Of a DNA stretch of 59,880 nucleotides, positions 28,001 to 36,519 are shown one piece after another. The DNA comes from Escherichia phage vB_Eco_SLUR75. The notes under the pieces are model-generated. The model had not been told where the DNA came from and did not search any database. It worked only from the letters and a program-made list of their open reading frames with translations. The stretch is taken from the sequence record LR025197.1. One strand, written 5' to 3'. The first letter of the stretch is position 1; the number at the start of each line of letters is the position of its first letter. The translations under genes and the position numbers were made by a program.

Positions 28001-28472
28001 TGGTTGGATATACTACGGTCAGGTAAATACAGATGGAAGCCGAACATTTCAGGTAAACGGAACTGTCGGTTGTACTAGTGTTGTTCAAAGCTCAGACCGA
28101 GATCTTAAAGACAACATTAAGACTATTGCAGATGCAACTAAAGCATTGCGTAAAATGAATGGCTACACATATACTCTCAAGGAAGATGGTTTACCCTATG
28201 CTGGTGTAATCGCTCAAGAAGTTATGGAAGCTCTACCTGAAGCGGTTAGCAGTTTCACAAAGCATGAGTATATGGAAGGCCAAGATGGAGAAGGTAATGA
28301 TACAAGATATGATCTTGGAAAACGTTATCTTAATGTAGACTACTCCGCGGTAACTGGTCTTCTGGTTCAGGTTTGTCGTGAAGCAGATGACCGCATTACA
28401 AAACTTGAAACTGAAGTTGAGGAACTCAAAAAATTAGTTGCAACACTTGTTAATAAAGAACCACTACCATAA
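25086..28472 (+). CDS. Tail fiber with C-terminal intramolecular chaperone, peptidase S74-like (1128 aa)
   Basis: C-terminal SDRDLKDNIKTI...GYTYTLKEDG...YAGVIAQEV matches the self-cleaving chaperone motif; internal duplicated IPLAI(A/S)QGGTGAV motif. ATG at M5 of track ORF (track start 25074 is GTG). Confidence 0.8.
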   Translation: MATRLRGTLVDGLNKPIINATVALLAKGNSLTVLSGSEAIFKTSATGTYDITVQTGYYKVIIGPQGVEPYKAGEIAIYADSKEGTLNNYLTTWAPEELTPEVITQVKDLVAQAETAKNASSTSATKSEQERVKAEAAAKKAEDTANGMKASIGLTTAPRHVANITVEPTAFLGFIRIVRSTTVGYPDIASSENVLAGFISAMDGTPGYVGVFVGDFTGTVYTYRWTKNVGAVWWKQVNYSTVNRYTQLNAETNFTNQLGNAKLLIDNNKVWGAYDNDNKRYIPLAIAQGGTGAVNVNDALENFGLGRNSAPRFKHLDLDNASNSTQAASGILNGYLRDSSGVQRTKHRLYSEIKSDGKAWLTMQIYSDESTQKTLGYNIDGDFQIVRNFIGQSLQLSDLTTTHKNLQIDRFKQLSAGTRVYGGPADERYFEVHTGAWGVYNVTEKKWIPLAISQGGTGAVTVADAKKNLLIPDGGLDSATRVDKPAGAEDAKYYPIIISQPSGYDGTYLTEIEMSTPSRSAAQSPNSNILRAWIRSAGWSDKGTVGFGNFFAYDSKEVAILCIRGTSRGQYPHNAVYVKGDAFPVYIRKTVGSTITVPTSDWSADPNASDKCVYKWGITGDLDGIGDEYGCRNILNFVKGLNGFYCNDYFRDAGGNAYLKDGMNYGGDIKLQLRKLEINGNLTAGNAITAFGPTVANNTFVSQLTNADSSQALHQSEFRAGESGGQIVVRDMSAVANHKFFNFNLDGSFSPPNGLLSSTGVDWNSQINTVNKFYGIAGQVNSAENNVVYGGIHVGFSGNYAFQLAGRNNKASFRTFEAGTPGPWMRLITDQYADFKVPIFANKNGEAITIKSTVDDNSESGYIAGRNNANTRLWYIGKSGPQETVVIRNDMNGNQILLRDGAGDISLDTKDGNKVVFAKASNFRLVNSNGKYTRLVTSGSSTHAISMDNWGTSARPTVFECKYEDYSTSANVGWIYYGQVNTDGSRTFQVNGTVGCTSVVQSSDRDLKDNIKTIADATKALRKMNGYTYTLKEDGLPYAGVIAQEVMEALPEAVSSFTKHEYMEGQDGEGNDTRYDLGKRYLNVDYSAVTGLLVQVCREADDRITKLETEVEELKKLVATLVNKEPLP

Positions 28473-28488
28473 CCACATCTAACTTCCA

Positions 28489-28514
28489 CAGCGCGTCTTC
28501 GGGCGCGCTTTTTA
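28489..28514 (+). terminator. Rho-independent terminator after tail fiber gene
   Basis: AGCGCG-tcttcggg-CGCGCT hairpin followed by TTTTT. Confidence 0.6.
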
Positions 28515-28643
28515 TTGGCTGTCAATCCCAATTTACAAAATCTTTACATTTGGATCATTGTAAAAAGCATGTTAAGGGCTATGCTTTACTTCGTAACCAG
28601 TTGGTTACATCCGCTTAACAAATCCATATATGGAGATTTTCCT

Positions 28644-29351
28644 ATGTCTGACATGACTCTTTTACCTACTAATCTCGGTGGCGACGGTTTCGGTGGTGAA
28701 GCTGGTGCGGCTGGTATCGGTGGCGCGATCGGTGGCTTAATTGGTTCCTGGATCGGTAATGGTTGGGGCGGCAATGGTGGTTGGGGTGGTCGCGGTAACT
28801 TCGCTGGTCCGGTGGAAGTGCAAGCTTCTGTTGACACCAACGCAATTCTGCAAGCTATCAACAACGGTACTCTTCAGACCATTCAGGGGCAGAACGGTAC
28901 TAACCTGACTGTTGAGCGCTCCGCTGCTTCTACCTATAACGGTATTACTCAGCAGAACACTCAAAACCTGCTGGCTTCCGTTCAGGGCTTTGCTGGTCTG
29001 AACACGCAGATCCAGGGCGGCACCAGCCAAGTGCTCGCGGCTCTGTGTAACAACGAAGCAGCTAACATTACCCGCTCCTTCCAGGCTCAGTTAGAAGCTC
29101 AGAAGTGTTGCTGCGAAACCAACCTGAACATCGAGCGTCAAGCAGAAGCTACTCGTGCTCTCCTGCGCGATCAGCACGCACAAGCGCAAGCTGTTCTGAT
29201 CTGTGACCTGAAGTCCCAGTTGCAGGAAGCTCGCTTTGCAAACTCTCAGTTGGCGCAGACGGCTGGCCTTACCTGTAAAATCAATCAGGTTGAGCAGTTA
29301 GTTAACTTTAAACTGCCAACTCCTCCGACTCCTCCGACTGGCTGCTGCTAA
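28644..29351 (+). CDS. Glycine-rich protein with C-terminal Cys motifs (235 aa)
   Basis: ATG at M44 of track ORF with RBS TGGAG; N-terminal GGDGFGGEAGAAGIGGAIGGLIGSWIGNGWGGNGGWGG, Gln/Asn/Thr-rich middle, C-terminal CCCE...PTPPTPPTGCC. Confidence 0.5.
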   Translation: MSDMTLLPTNLGGDGFGGEAGAAGIGGAIGGLIGSWIGNGWGGNGGWGGRGNFAGPVEVQASVDTNAILQAINNGTLQTIQGQNGTNLTVERSAASTYNGITQQNTQNLLASVQGFAGLNTQIQGGTSQVLAALCNNEAANITRSFQAQLEAQKCCCETNLNIERQAEATRALLRDQHAQAQAVLICDLKSQLQEARFANSQLAQTAGLTCKINQVEQLVNFKLPTPPTPPTGCC

Positions 29352-29372
29352 TCGTTGAAGTGTGGTTAAACT

Positions 29373-29408
29373 AAAGCGCCTTTCGCTCCTCCGCTTGGGG
29401 CGCTTTTA
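29373..29408 (+). terminator. Putative terminator hairpin
   Basis: AAGCGCC ... GGCGCTT stem with a long loop, followed by TTTT. Confidence 0.4.
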
Positions 29409-29422
29409 ACAGAGGTAATATC

Positions 29423-29791
29423 ATGAGCCACATTAAAATCGCAACGATGGGAATACCACGGGTTAAATTGCCTAAGGTTGCTTTACCTCGCATTAGCGTA
29501 GGTGAGCACCACCATGAACACGAGAAAGAGGAATATAAACATGCTCACTCTTATGCTCGAGATCATGAACATATGGCAGCTATGTCAAATGTTCTTGACC
29601 GGATGGAAGAACCTCCGCATACGTGGGCGGCGTACCACGACAAGCCCGGCGGTATGATGTCCATTGTTGAAATGGAATACCGCGAATTAATGGAGTGTAA
29701 GAAAGAAGGCGACCGCGCAGGGATCATGAAAGAGTTGACTGATCTTGCCGCAGCTTGTACTTGCGCTCTTCAAAAAATGAAAGATATGTAA
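29423..29791 (+). CDS. His-rich protein, possible MazG-like NTP pyrophosphohydrolase (122 aa)
   Basis: GEHHHEHEKEEYKHAHSYARDHEH metal-binding-like stretch; EMEYRELME...MKELTDL resembles the ExxE...ExxD pattern of MazG/HisE proteins. Confidence 0.3.
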   Translation: MSHIKIATMGIPRVKLPKVALPRISVGEHHHEHEKEEYKHAHSYARDHEHMAAMSNVLDRMEEPPHTWAAYHDKPGGMMSIVEMEYRELMECKKEGDRAGIMKELTDLAAACTCALQKMKDM

Positions 29792-29806
29792 GAATAGGAA
29801 GCCGAC

Positions 29807-30337
29807 ATGCAAAACGTAAACGCAGGAATGGGCGTAACCCAGTTCAACGGGATGAAACCGAAAAACTCCATCAACATGGGCGGTGTTGATTGGACGTTAC
29901 GTCGGGACGCTACCGATTCAACTACCATGTTCCCACACCAGAAGGTGAGCTGGCTTAATGCTGGCTGTGAACCTATGGGTGATGGAAGGGTTCATTACTG
30001 TTGGATTATGGGAGTGATACCGCCTACGCCGGGCACTATCGAACGACCCGTGAATGTGATGTATGTCGGCTTCCACCAGTTCAAGATCACAATTGCTCCA
30101 AACTCCATTAGTCAGTCAGATCTTGATCGTATGCATGTTTACGTCAGCGATGGTACAGACTTCGCAGGGGATTTTATTAGTAAGTTTCTTGGTATGCAAC
30201 CAGAGCAGCCTGTAGAAGCACGCGAGCATATTAGCCCGTGGCCACCCATGATTGATCAGGAAGTGCTGCAACCAAAGACCGCTCAAACGGTCCCTCAGAA
30301 ACCGGAGCAGAAGGTGAAACCAAATGACGAAGAATGA
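29807..30337 (+). CDS. Hypothetical protein (176 aa)
   Basis: RBS-like GGAAG upstream; no recognisable motif. Confidence 0.5.
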   Translation: MQNVNAGMGVTQFNGMKPKNSINMGGVDWTLRRDATDSTTMFPHQKVSWLNAGCEPMGDGRVHYCWIMGVIPPTPGTIERPVNVMYVGFHQFKITIAPNSISQSDLDRMHVYVSDGTDFAGDFISKFLGMQPEQPVEAREHISPWPPMIDQEVLQPKTAQTVPQKPEQKVKPNDEE

Positions 30338-30608
30338 AGGTATTGATAAAGTCGTTGAAGGGCTTTCTATTCGTGCTCATGTTATAGCAGACGAAGGTCA
30401 TGATCAACTCACAATTATGAAATCTGCATTCAGCGATTTTAAGTCTCTTGGAAACTTAAGCGGGTTAATGACTGTGGTGTCGACCGGAAAATTAACCCAG
30501 CAGCAAATCAGTCTGGCTCAGCGTATTGCTGTTAAAGTTATTGCGGTACTTGGGATGATTGAAGCTGAAAAGCCCAGTTCCAAGCAGGATAACGAAAGCG
30601 ACCTTTAA
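30324..30608 (+). CDS. Hypothetical protein (94 aa)
   Basis: Overlaps upstream gene end. Confidence 0.45.
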   Translation: MTKNEGIDKVVEGLSIRAHVIADEGHDQLTIMKSAFSDFKSLGNLSGLMTVVSTGKLTQQQISLAQRIAVKVIAVLGMIEAEKPSSKQDNESDL

Positions 30609-30619
30609 GGAGGTCTACT

Positions 30620-30823
30620 ATGTGTGGTAATACTAACCGTTGCTGTCTAGGCAGTCCTGCAACACAAGCAGGTATACTTCAGGGGCAATTAGCTCAAGCA
30701 GCGTGTAATTGCAAAACTTTTCAACCAGTAGCGCCAACTCCTGTGTTTGTGAATGCTTTTGCACCGCCTGTTTTCAATACTTTTGGCGTATACCCATACG
30801 GTGCTTTCTTTCGTATATTCTAA
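30620..30823 (+). CDS. Small Cys-rich protein (67 aa)
   Basis: RBS AAGGAGG; CCLGS...CNCK cysteines; last gene of the forward arm. Confidence 0.45.
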   Translation: MCGNTNRCCLGSPATQAGILQGQLAQAACNCKTFQPVAPTPVFVNAFAPPVFNTFGVYPYGAFFRIF

Positions 30824-30825
30824 GA

Positions 30826-30855
30826 AGAGAAAGGGGGCAAACGCCCCCTTTCTTT
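30826..30855. terminator. Bidirectional terminator at convergence of the two arms
   Basis: AGGGGGC-aaac-GCCCCCT hairpin flanked by A-run and T-run; stops of converging genes at 30823 (+) and 30854 (-). Confidence 0.7.
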
Positions 30856-31135
30856 AACGCTTATGAAAAGCTGACAGGATTGCAAGTGTTACAGCACCCA
30901 ATCCGACGACGGTAGCATAAGTGAGTTGGTGTTGAACTTTAACAAAGCCATAATAGGTGCTAGGGATGTCTACAATCCCAAACGCCATAGCAAAACTGGT
31001 CCCAAGCAGTGCTACAGCAAGGGCGCGTAATAACGCCCTGCTCATTGCTGTAAAGCCCTTCTCATTACTATCTCCGGTCATTATAACAACAATGATTAGA
31101 AATAGCGAAACGACAACTAATAGATATTCCATCAT
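30854..31135 (-). CDS. Small membrane protein (93 aa)
   Basis: Three predicted TM helices. Confidence 0.5.
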   Translation of the reverse strand: MMEYLLVVVSLFLIIVVIMTGDSNEKGFTAMSRALLRALAVALLGTSFAMAFGIVDIPSTYYGFVKVQHQLTYATVVGLGAVTLAILSAFHKR

Positions 31136-31338
31136 TTGCGTCTCCTGTACATGTATTGATCATACGCAGTCGCAATAATAGTGACTGGCCAGCAAGCGAG
31201 TATACATAGAAGACTTACAATCTTCTCCCAACGTTTCTTATGGGCTAGCGCATAATCATAGTTATTCCAACAAAAGAAATAAGTCATTGTTGCAATAACT
31301 GCACCAATTACAAAATACATAACCACATATTCATGCAT
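31132..31338 (-). CDS. Small membrane protein (68 aa)
   Basis: Two predicted TM helices; ATGA coupling to neighbour. Confidence 0.5.
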   Translation of the reverse strand: MHEYVVMYFVIGAVIATMTYFFCWNNYDYALAHKKRWEKIVSLLCILACWPVTIIATAYDQYMYRRRK

Positions 31339-31525
31339 CGGTAAACTCCCAAATCAGAGTATAATTATTTCCCGCTTGTACATAGCGGCCTGGACGTGGA
31401 TCGAAGCTTTTCACTGAAAACTCCAGCGTTCCAGCGCTATATAGTTGCACCTTTTGTCCGTCCCACGGTCCGCCTATCAATTTAAAAGTCTGTCGATAAC
31501 CTTTTGCAGCTTTAGCCATGCTCAC
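31331..31525 (-). CDS. Hypothetical protein (64 aa)
   Basis: Overlaps neighbouring ORF ends. Confidence 0.4.
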   Translation of the reverse strand: MSMAKAAKGYRQTFKLIGGPWDGQKVQLYSAGTLEFSVKSFDPRPGRYVQAGNNYTLIWEFTDA

Positions 31526-31561
31526 TCCTTAAATACCCGCGCGAACGCGGGTATTATTTTA

Positions 31562-31759
31562 TTACGCTTCCGGTGATGGTTCATCAGGAACAACAATAAC
31601 GTCGGCTAAAACTTTTAACGCTTCTTGTTGCTCCGCGGTCATATTATTCCAGTAATAGACGTGAATGTAAACTACTGGTTTGTCACCATGTTGCCACGGT
31701 TCGCGACTTACTACATCCGCAGCTAAATCGCTTGCTACGCTCTTTTCTTTACCAGCCAT
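31562..31759 (-). CDS. Hypothetical acidic protein (65 aa)
   Basis: ORF with upstream RBS-like sequence. Confidence 0.4.
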   Translation of the reverse strand: MAGKEKSVASDLAADVVSREPWQHGDKPVVYIHVYYWNNMTAEQQEALKVLADVIVVPDEPSPEA

Positions 31760-31791
31760 GCTAATGTACCCCTTTAAGGTTTTACACGCGG

Positions 31792-32085
31792 CTAGCCCCC
31801 AAAAGTACCCATATGATCAAGGGTTCTAATGCGCTGCTCCAGCCAACGTGCGTTCTTTTCAAAATGTTTATTGGTACGCGCTGCTTTGCACGCATCAATA
31901 ATACCTAACTCACATCCAAGCTGCGTTTGTCCCATCACGTAAGAATGGGTTAACATGCTGGATACAAGCTCTTCACATTGTAACTTAATAGGATGGTCTT
32001 GGCATAGTTTCTTTGCTGCATCTTTTAAATCCACAGCTTGGACACCAGGCGCTATCAACAAAGTTACGAGTAATAAACGTTTCAT
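31792..32085 (-). CDS. Secreted Cys-containing protein (97 aa)
   Basis: N-terminal signal peptide MKRLLLVTLLIAPGVQA; four Cys in the mature part. Confidence 0.5.
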   Translation of the reverse strand: MKRLLLVTLLIAPGVQAVDLKDAAKKLCQDHPIKLQCEELVSSMLTHSYVMGQTQLGCELGIIDACKAARTNKHFEKNARWLEQRIRTLDHMGTFGG

Positions 32086-32369
32086 TATGCTTTCCCTTTA
32101 CGACATAAGGCTTGAAGTTCCAGAAGCGCATCAATGTCTTCCTGTGGAGTTACACCAACGTGAATTGGATATTTAGCGCGACATTCGTTGCCGACTTCAA
32201 CAGTGTGGTTAATGTAGCCGTAAACACATCCACCAATAAGAGTGAAGATAAGCGCAACAATCATTGTAAGGTACTTACCTTGTTTGCGTTCTTCATTTTG
32301 TTTATTAAGCTGACGGTTAAGTTCTACCGCGTCGATTTTACCTTTATTGTAATCGTCTACTAAGCTCAT
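32085..32369 (-). CDS. Membrane-anchored protein (94 aa)
   Basis: ATG at M20 of track ORF with RBS GAGGAG; single TM helix. Confidence 0.45.
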   Translation of the reverse strand: MSLVDDYNKGKIDAVELNRQLNKQNEERKQGKYLTMIVALIFTLIGGCVYGYINHTVEVGNECRAKYPIHVGVTPQEDIDALLELQALCRKGKA

Positions 32370-32433
32370 TTTGTATCTCCTCTTGTTGTATGCATATATT
32401 AAAACAGACCCGCGAAGGGTCTGCAAGTAGAAT

Positions 32434-34419
32434 TTAGGCGTATCCCATGTCTTCGAGATACTTCTCTGCTTTAGCTATATAAGCATCATAATCTATGTCG
32501 TCCGGCACTTTATCCGGTAGCGTCATGATCGGAACACCTCCCGCGCTACCAGCTACACGGTTGCCCGTGTTAGCATAGATTATTTCAGGTGTTTCTTCAT
32601 TAGTGCTTAAGTACCAGCGTACAACCTTACCCAAAAATTCGCCATTCCATACCGCGCCACCTTTTACCGCACGTAAGATAATGAATTTTCTAATATCGTT
32701 GCAATTGCGTATAGTACGAGAAACAGGCGTACCGTGGGCCAAACATTCACATACAGCTTCCATAATAATCTCACCAGTACAGTTCTTTTGAAGACCTGTC
32801 TTTGCGAACCACCCTTTACGCTTAATTTCAACATTTCCTTCCTCGTCAGGTTCTTTTACTGCAACATAGTTATTGACGTTAGCACTGTACAGCTTGTCAT
32901 AGTAGTTGGATTCCATTTCAAAACCTGTTACGGATTCCCACCACTTGATCATATTATCAACGAAGTCCTGCATGTGGTCCGGATACTTAACCACAATACC
33001 GTCCGTGTTGGCTGAAATTACTTTAACACCATTTAACTCAAATGCTTCAATAAGCATCAACAGTGAAAGCTGTCCGGTTAATGTAACTTGTATCAATAAT
33101 TGCGGCGCGTACAGTACGGACCACATAGACCCCAGCTTACCAAACGATCCGTTGATAACGATCTTCAGCGTGTTGGCTGTGTTTTTGTCCCCTGAGTGCT
33201 TAGCTGCAATACGACGATCTACAATACTCTTATAAACACGAAGGAACGCTGGTCCCAACTGTTCTGGATATAAGCCCTGATTAAGAATGATTGTAGGATA
33301 ATAAGACGTTACGTCAATGTCCCGCTTTTTGATACCAGGCTCTTTACCGTGGCCAGCACACTCTTCGGAGCTATGCAAACCACCAATACCCATACGGTAG
33401 ACACCGTCCGCAATCTTGATTTCAAGACCTGTCAATGCAGGAGGTAAGCTGACACCACCGTTATCGCTAACAATAAAGCGACAGTCCCGAACAATATCCA
33501 AAACACTATTCATCAAAGGTGTTTGAAAACGAATAAAGTCCGGTATGTTGTATACATACTTTGTTCCAGGATAAACTTGCGGACGCTGTGGGCGCACGCC
33601 CGTCAACGCTTGGATTTCGTGCTTAATTACGTCTTCTGCAATTTGTGCATCGGAGCGTGAACGCAGGTCCACACCGTACTCTTGCGACATAATTTCACGA
33701 AGGTGTAAAGGTTCTTGTAATGCAATAAAACATTCTTCCGTCTGTACAAGGTCGTTAATACAGTACCAGCGCACAATAAGCATCTGGTCTTGCGTCAACA
33801 TTGTATTAGGCTTGAACGGTAAATCCTGCATACGACGAGTATGTACACGTCCGCCGTATTGTTTCAAACCGCCGGACCCAGGCAGCACTTCCATGATATC
33901 GATGTGGTTAACGTTCTGCATACGCTTGAGACGGTAACTCTTCAATACATCCGAAGGACGCCAGTCTTCAACGATTATTTTATCAGTTGCGTCTTTAAGC
34001 TGAGCATTAGAGCAGCCGTTAAGCGCAAGCGTAGCAATGGGCATATCGTACCCGTTACCGTTAAAGCTCACGATAAGGAAGTTTGTCATTACCCAGTTAA
34101 GTAGCAAGCAATTCAAACTACAACCGTGATACATCTCGAAGTAGACAACTTTCTTAGTTCGCACTCCGCGAAATGCAATTAAGAAATAATTTGGATAACA
34201 TTCTATATCATATACAAGCGGTTCGCGGTTAATCCATGCTTGAATAAGTTCGTCCTGTGTGTACAGGTTGTATTGGAAGTTCCGCGCTTCCTCAAGGTTA
34301 GGCAAATAATCCGGGCGCTCCCAAGTGCGCTCCGGCGGTAAACGTTTAACTTTTTCTTTCTTTGCTTTTGGCTCAGGCGGTAAGTCCTGCCAAAAGAAAC
34401 CAATAGCATCTGTCCGCAT
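32434..34419 (-). CDS. DNA polymerase, family B, with 3'-5' exonuclease domain (661 aa)
   Basis: Exo I LVYDIECY, Exo II NGNGYDMPI, pol motif A-like DIDVTSYYPT, motif B KIVINGSFGKLG, motif C-like ISANTDGI. Start at M19 of track ORF, overlapping upstream stop as TAATG. Confidence 0.8.
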   Translation of the reverse strand: MRTDAIGFFWQDLPPEPKAKKEKVKRLPPERTWERPDYLPNLEEARNFQYNLYTQDELIQAWINREPLVYDIECYPNYFLIAFRGVRTKKVVYFEMYHGCSLNCLLLNWVMTNFLIVSFNGNGYDMPIATLALNGCSNAQLKDATDKIIVEDWRPSDVLKSYRLKRMQNVNHIDIMEVLPGSGGLKQYGGRVHTRRMQDLPFKPNTMLTQDQMLIVRWYCINDLVQTEECFIALQEPLHLREIMSQEYGVDLRSRSDAQIAEDVIKHEIQALTGVRPQRPQVYPGTKYVYNIPDFIRFQTPLMNSVLDIVRDCRFIVSDNGGVSLPPALTGLEIKIADGVYRMGIGGLHSSEECAGHGKEPGIKKRDIDVTSYYPTIILNQGLYPEQLGPAFLRVYKSIVDRRIAAKHSGDKNTANTLKIVINGSFGKLGSMWSVLYAPQLLIQVTLTGQLSLLMLIEAFELNGVKVISANTDGIVVKYPDHMQDFVDNMIKWWESVTGFEMESNYYDKLYSANVNNYVAVKEPDEEGNVEIKRKGWFAKTGLQKNCTGEIIMEAVCECLAHGTPVSRTIRNCNDIRKFIILRAVKGGAVWNGEFLGKVVRWYLSTNEETPEIIYANTGNRVAGSAGGVPIMTLPDKVPDDIDYDAYIAKAEKYLEDMGYA

Positions 34420-35372
34420 TAGACACGTTCTCCAATTAACACACCGCGAAGATTTTCCCCAAAGAATGCGCAAGGTTGCGGATATAAACTAAAGTCCGCA
34501 GTCTTAACCACATTTTCGAGTAATAACAGGATGTCAATATTGTAAACTCCCGTTATTGATCTGTCCTGCAATACGAAGCTTGCACCTTCCGCATCATCGT
34601 AATGAGTACGCGCTAGACCGTTTTCAATATATACGCGAGGACGATCTTCCGCAAAAGGTTTAATTTTATGCAAGCCCTCAAAAAGACCTGGATCAACAGG
34701 ATGTGCATTGCATTGAACATTTAAAATACGACGAATATCAGGCCACTCCGCATCAATAAGCTGTGTTCGCAACCAGCGACCTTCCGGATAATGAAATGTT
34801 ACATTGTTCTTGCTAACCTGAATATGTGTCGGGTTAGCTTTAATGCGCAGTATTTCTTTAATAGCAACAGACGGTATTATGCAGTCAATAGGGAATTGAT
34901 TACCAAACCAATATTCCGCAATGGTGACGTTATTTGTAGCAAACAGGCTACCGTTATTAATCAGGATACCGCAAGCCCACGGGCGGGACGCATCCGAGCC
35001 TACGAACGGAGCAACGGATTTCACACCGTGTACGAAGCGAGCACCGTCTATTTCGTATAAATCGCCTTCAGGGAATACGTGAGGCGTTTCTTTGTCAATG
35101 CAGCGTATAGCAACACGAAACGGTCCGGACTTGATATTAAGTTTACCGTTAGCCATCATTGTTAACTGTACGGTTTCGTCACAGTTTGAAATAGCTTTAA
35201 TCATAGGTCCAGCTTCGGGCTTGCAATCAATATCCAGCTCAATAGGGCTACCCAGTGCAATAACACCGTTAAAGCCCTGTACCTGTCCATCACGGATAAG
35301 AAAGCTGGTAAGCCCTTCTACCAGTTCCTTTTTAGCGACGGAGCCTTGAACAAATTTAAGAGCGTCTAACAT
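34419..35372 (-). CDS. Hypothetical protein coupled to DNA polymerase (317 aa)
   Basis: Stop overlaps the polymerase start by 1 nt; no recognisable catalytic motif. Confidence 0.5.
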   Translation of the reverse strand: MLDALKFVQGSVAKKELVEGLTSFLIRDGQVQGFNGVIALGSPIELDIDCKPEAGPMIKAISNCDETVQLTMMANGKLNIKSGPFRVAIRCIDKETPHVFPEGDLYEIDGARFVHGVKSVAPFVGSDASRPWACGILINNGSLFATNNVTIAEYWFGNQFPIDCIIPSVAIKEILRIKANPTHIQVSKNNVTFHYPEGRWLRTQLIDAEWPDIRRILNVQCNAHPVDPGLFEGLHKIKPFAEDRPRVYIENGLARTHYDDAEGASFVLQDRSITGVYNIDILLLLENVVKTADFSLYPQPCAFFGENLRGVLIGERV

Positions 35373-35599
35373 TAGCGATCCTCGATTGCTCTAATTGTGG
35401 TTAAATCTAATTCACAGGTTGGAGGGTATCCATAAAGTCCCATTTGTTTTCCTTGTGCATTAAACCATGTACCTGACGGATCCTGCCACTGCTTAGGTGT
35501 CTTGTGGAGAAATACTACTCTGTTTTCACCGTAATAATTAATTCTTACGCCTGTGTGAGTATATTTACGTTTACCTTTTGGTCTTCTTAAGTTAGCCAT
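35372..35599 (-). CDS. Hypothetical basic protein (75 aa)
   Basis: Start/stop overlaps with both neighbours. Confidence 0.45.
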   Translation of the reverse strand: MANLRRPKGKRKYTHTGVRINYYGENRVVFLHKTPKQWQDPSGTWFNAQGKQMGLYGYPPTCELDLTTIRAIEDR

Positions 35600-36519
35600 C
35601 AGAACAACTCCATTACACGATCACGGAATGTGCCGTCATGGGTAGCGTTAATGTTTGCAGCAATTACACCATAAGCCCATAAATTGAAGGCAGCACGTGA
35701 TTCATAGATTGTTGATAAACGTTCGTAAGTGAAACCGTTTTGCTCAAGGTATTTAAGGACAGCGTCTTGTTCAATCTCAGTTAATGTTGAAACATGCTTA
35801 CCAAAATGATGGCGGTCCGGTGACTTATCGGATACGCGCATTGGACCCCACGGAGGAGTAACCACACTTCCAAACGCTGCCGCTTGAATCCAGGAGGATG
35901 AGTCACAGCTATACCACGGGTAACGCTCCATAATGGTTGTGGACGTAATACCAAACGCATGAAGTTTAATCTTAGCACGTCCGCTACCGTCGCAAATATA
36001 TTTGTCCCACATGCGGTCAAGCCAAGTCTTAAGCGTGTCCGTGGAACGTCCTACCATACCCCCGATAGTGATATATTCGTAGTTCTTCATGTAGTATTCA
36101 AGATAGCGGAAGTCCTCCCCAAAGTGAAAGCAAGGTAACGGTTTAGCACCGCGTGCTTCCATTTCAAGTTGGTTACGGTAGGTTTGCAACGGATCACCGA
36201 TACCATCGAGCACCGACGCCATTACTGCGCCATCTTCTACGCGAAGGATGTCTTTGTTGCGCTTGATGTATTCGCAGTATTCAACAATATCAATGTGAGC
36301 ACCTAACGAGTGCGCGGAGAATGCACCGGAGTCGAGAAACACTTTAGCCCCGTCCGCACGCATTTGATCAACATACTTCTGACGCCCAACGTAGTGGTAG
36401 GATTCCAAAATATGAGGCAGATTGCGCGTGATATTTTTCTCATGCTCTGACAGCTTTTCATAACGCTGCTGGCCAGGCATATATCCGTTCGTGTAAACTG
36501 CTGCCATAAAAACGTTCAT
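35599..36519 (-). CDS. dpdA: DpdA-like 7-deazaguanine DNA transglycosylase, TGT superfamily (306 aa)
   Basis: KVFLDSGAFS motif as I recall for phage DpdA; co-located with the preQ0 synthesis genes. Confidence 0.65.
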   Translation of the reverse strand: MNVFMAAVYTNGYMPGQQRYEKLSEHEKNITRNLPHILESYHYVGRQKYVDQMRADGAKVFLDSGAFSAHSLGAHIDIVEYCEYIKRNKDILRVEDGAVMASVLDGIGDPLQTYRNQLEMEARGAKPLPCFHFGEDFRYLEYYMKNYEYITIGGMVGRSTDTLKTWLDRMWDKYICDGSGRAKIKLHAFGITSTTIMERYPWYSCDSSSWIQAAAFGSVVTPPWGPMRVSDKSPDRHHFGKHVSTLTEIEQDAVLKYLEQNGFTYERLSTIYESRAAFNLWAYGVIAANINATHDGTFRDRVMELF

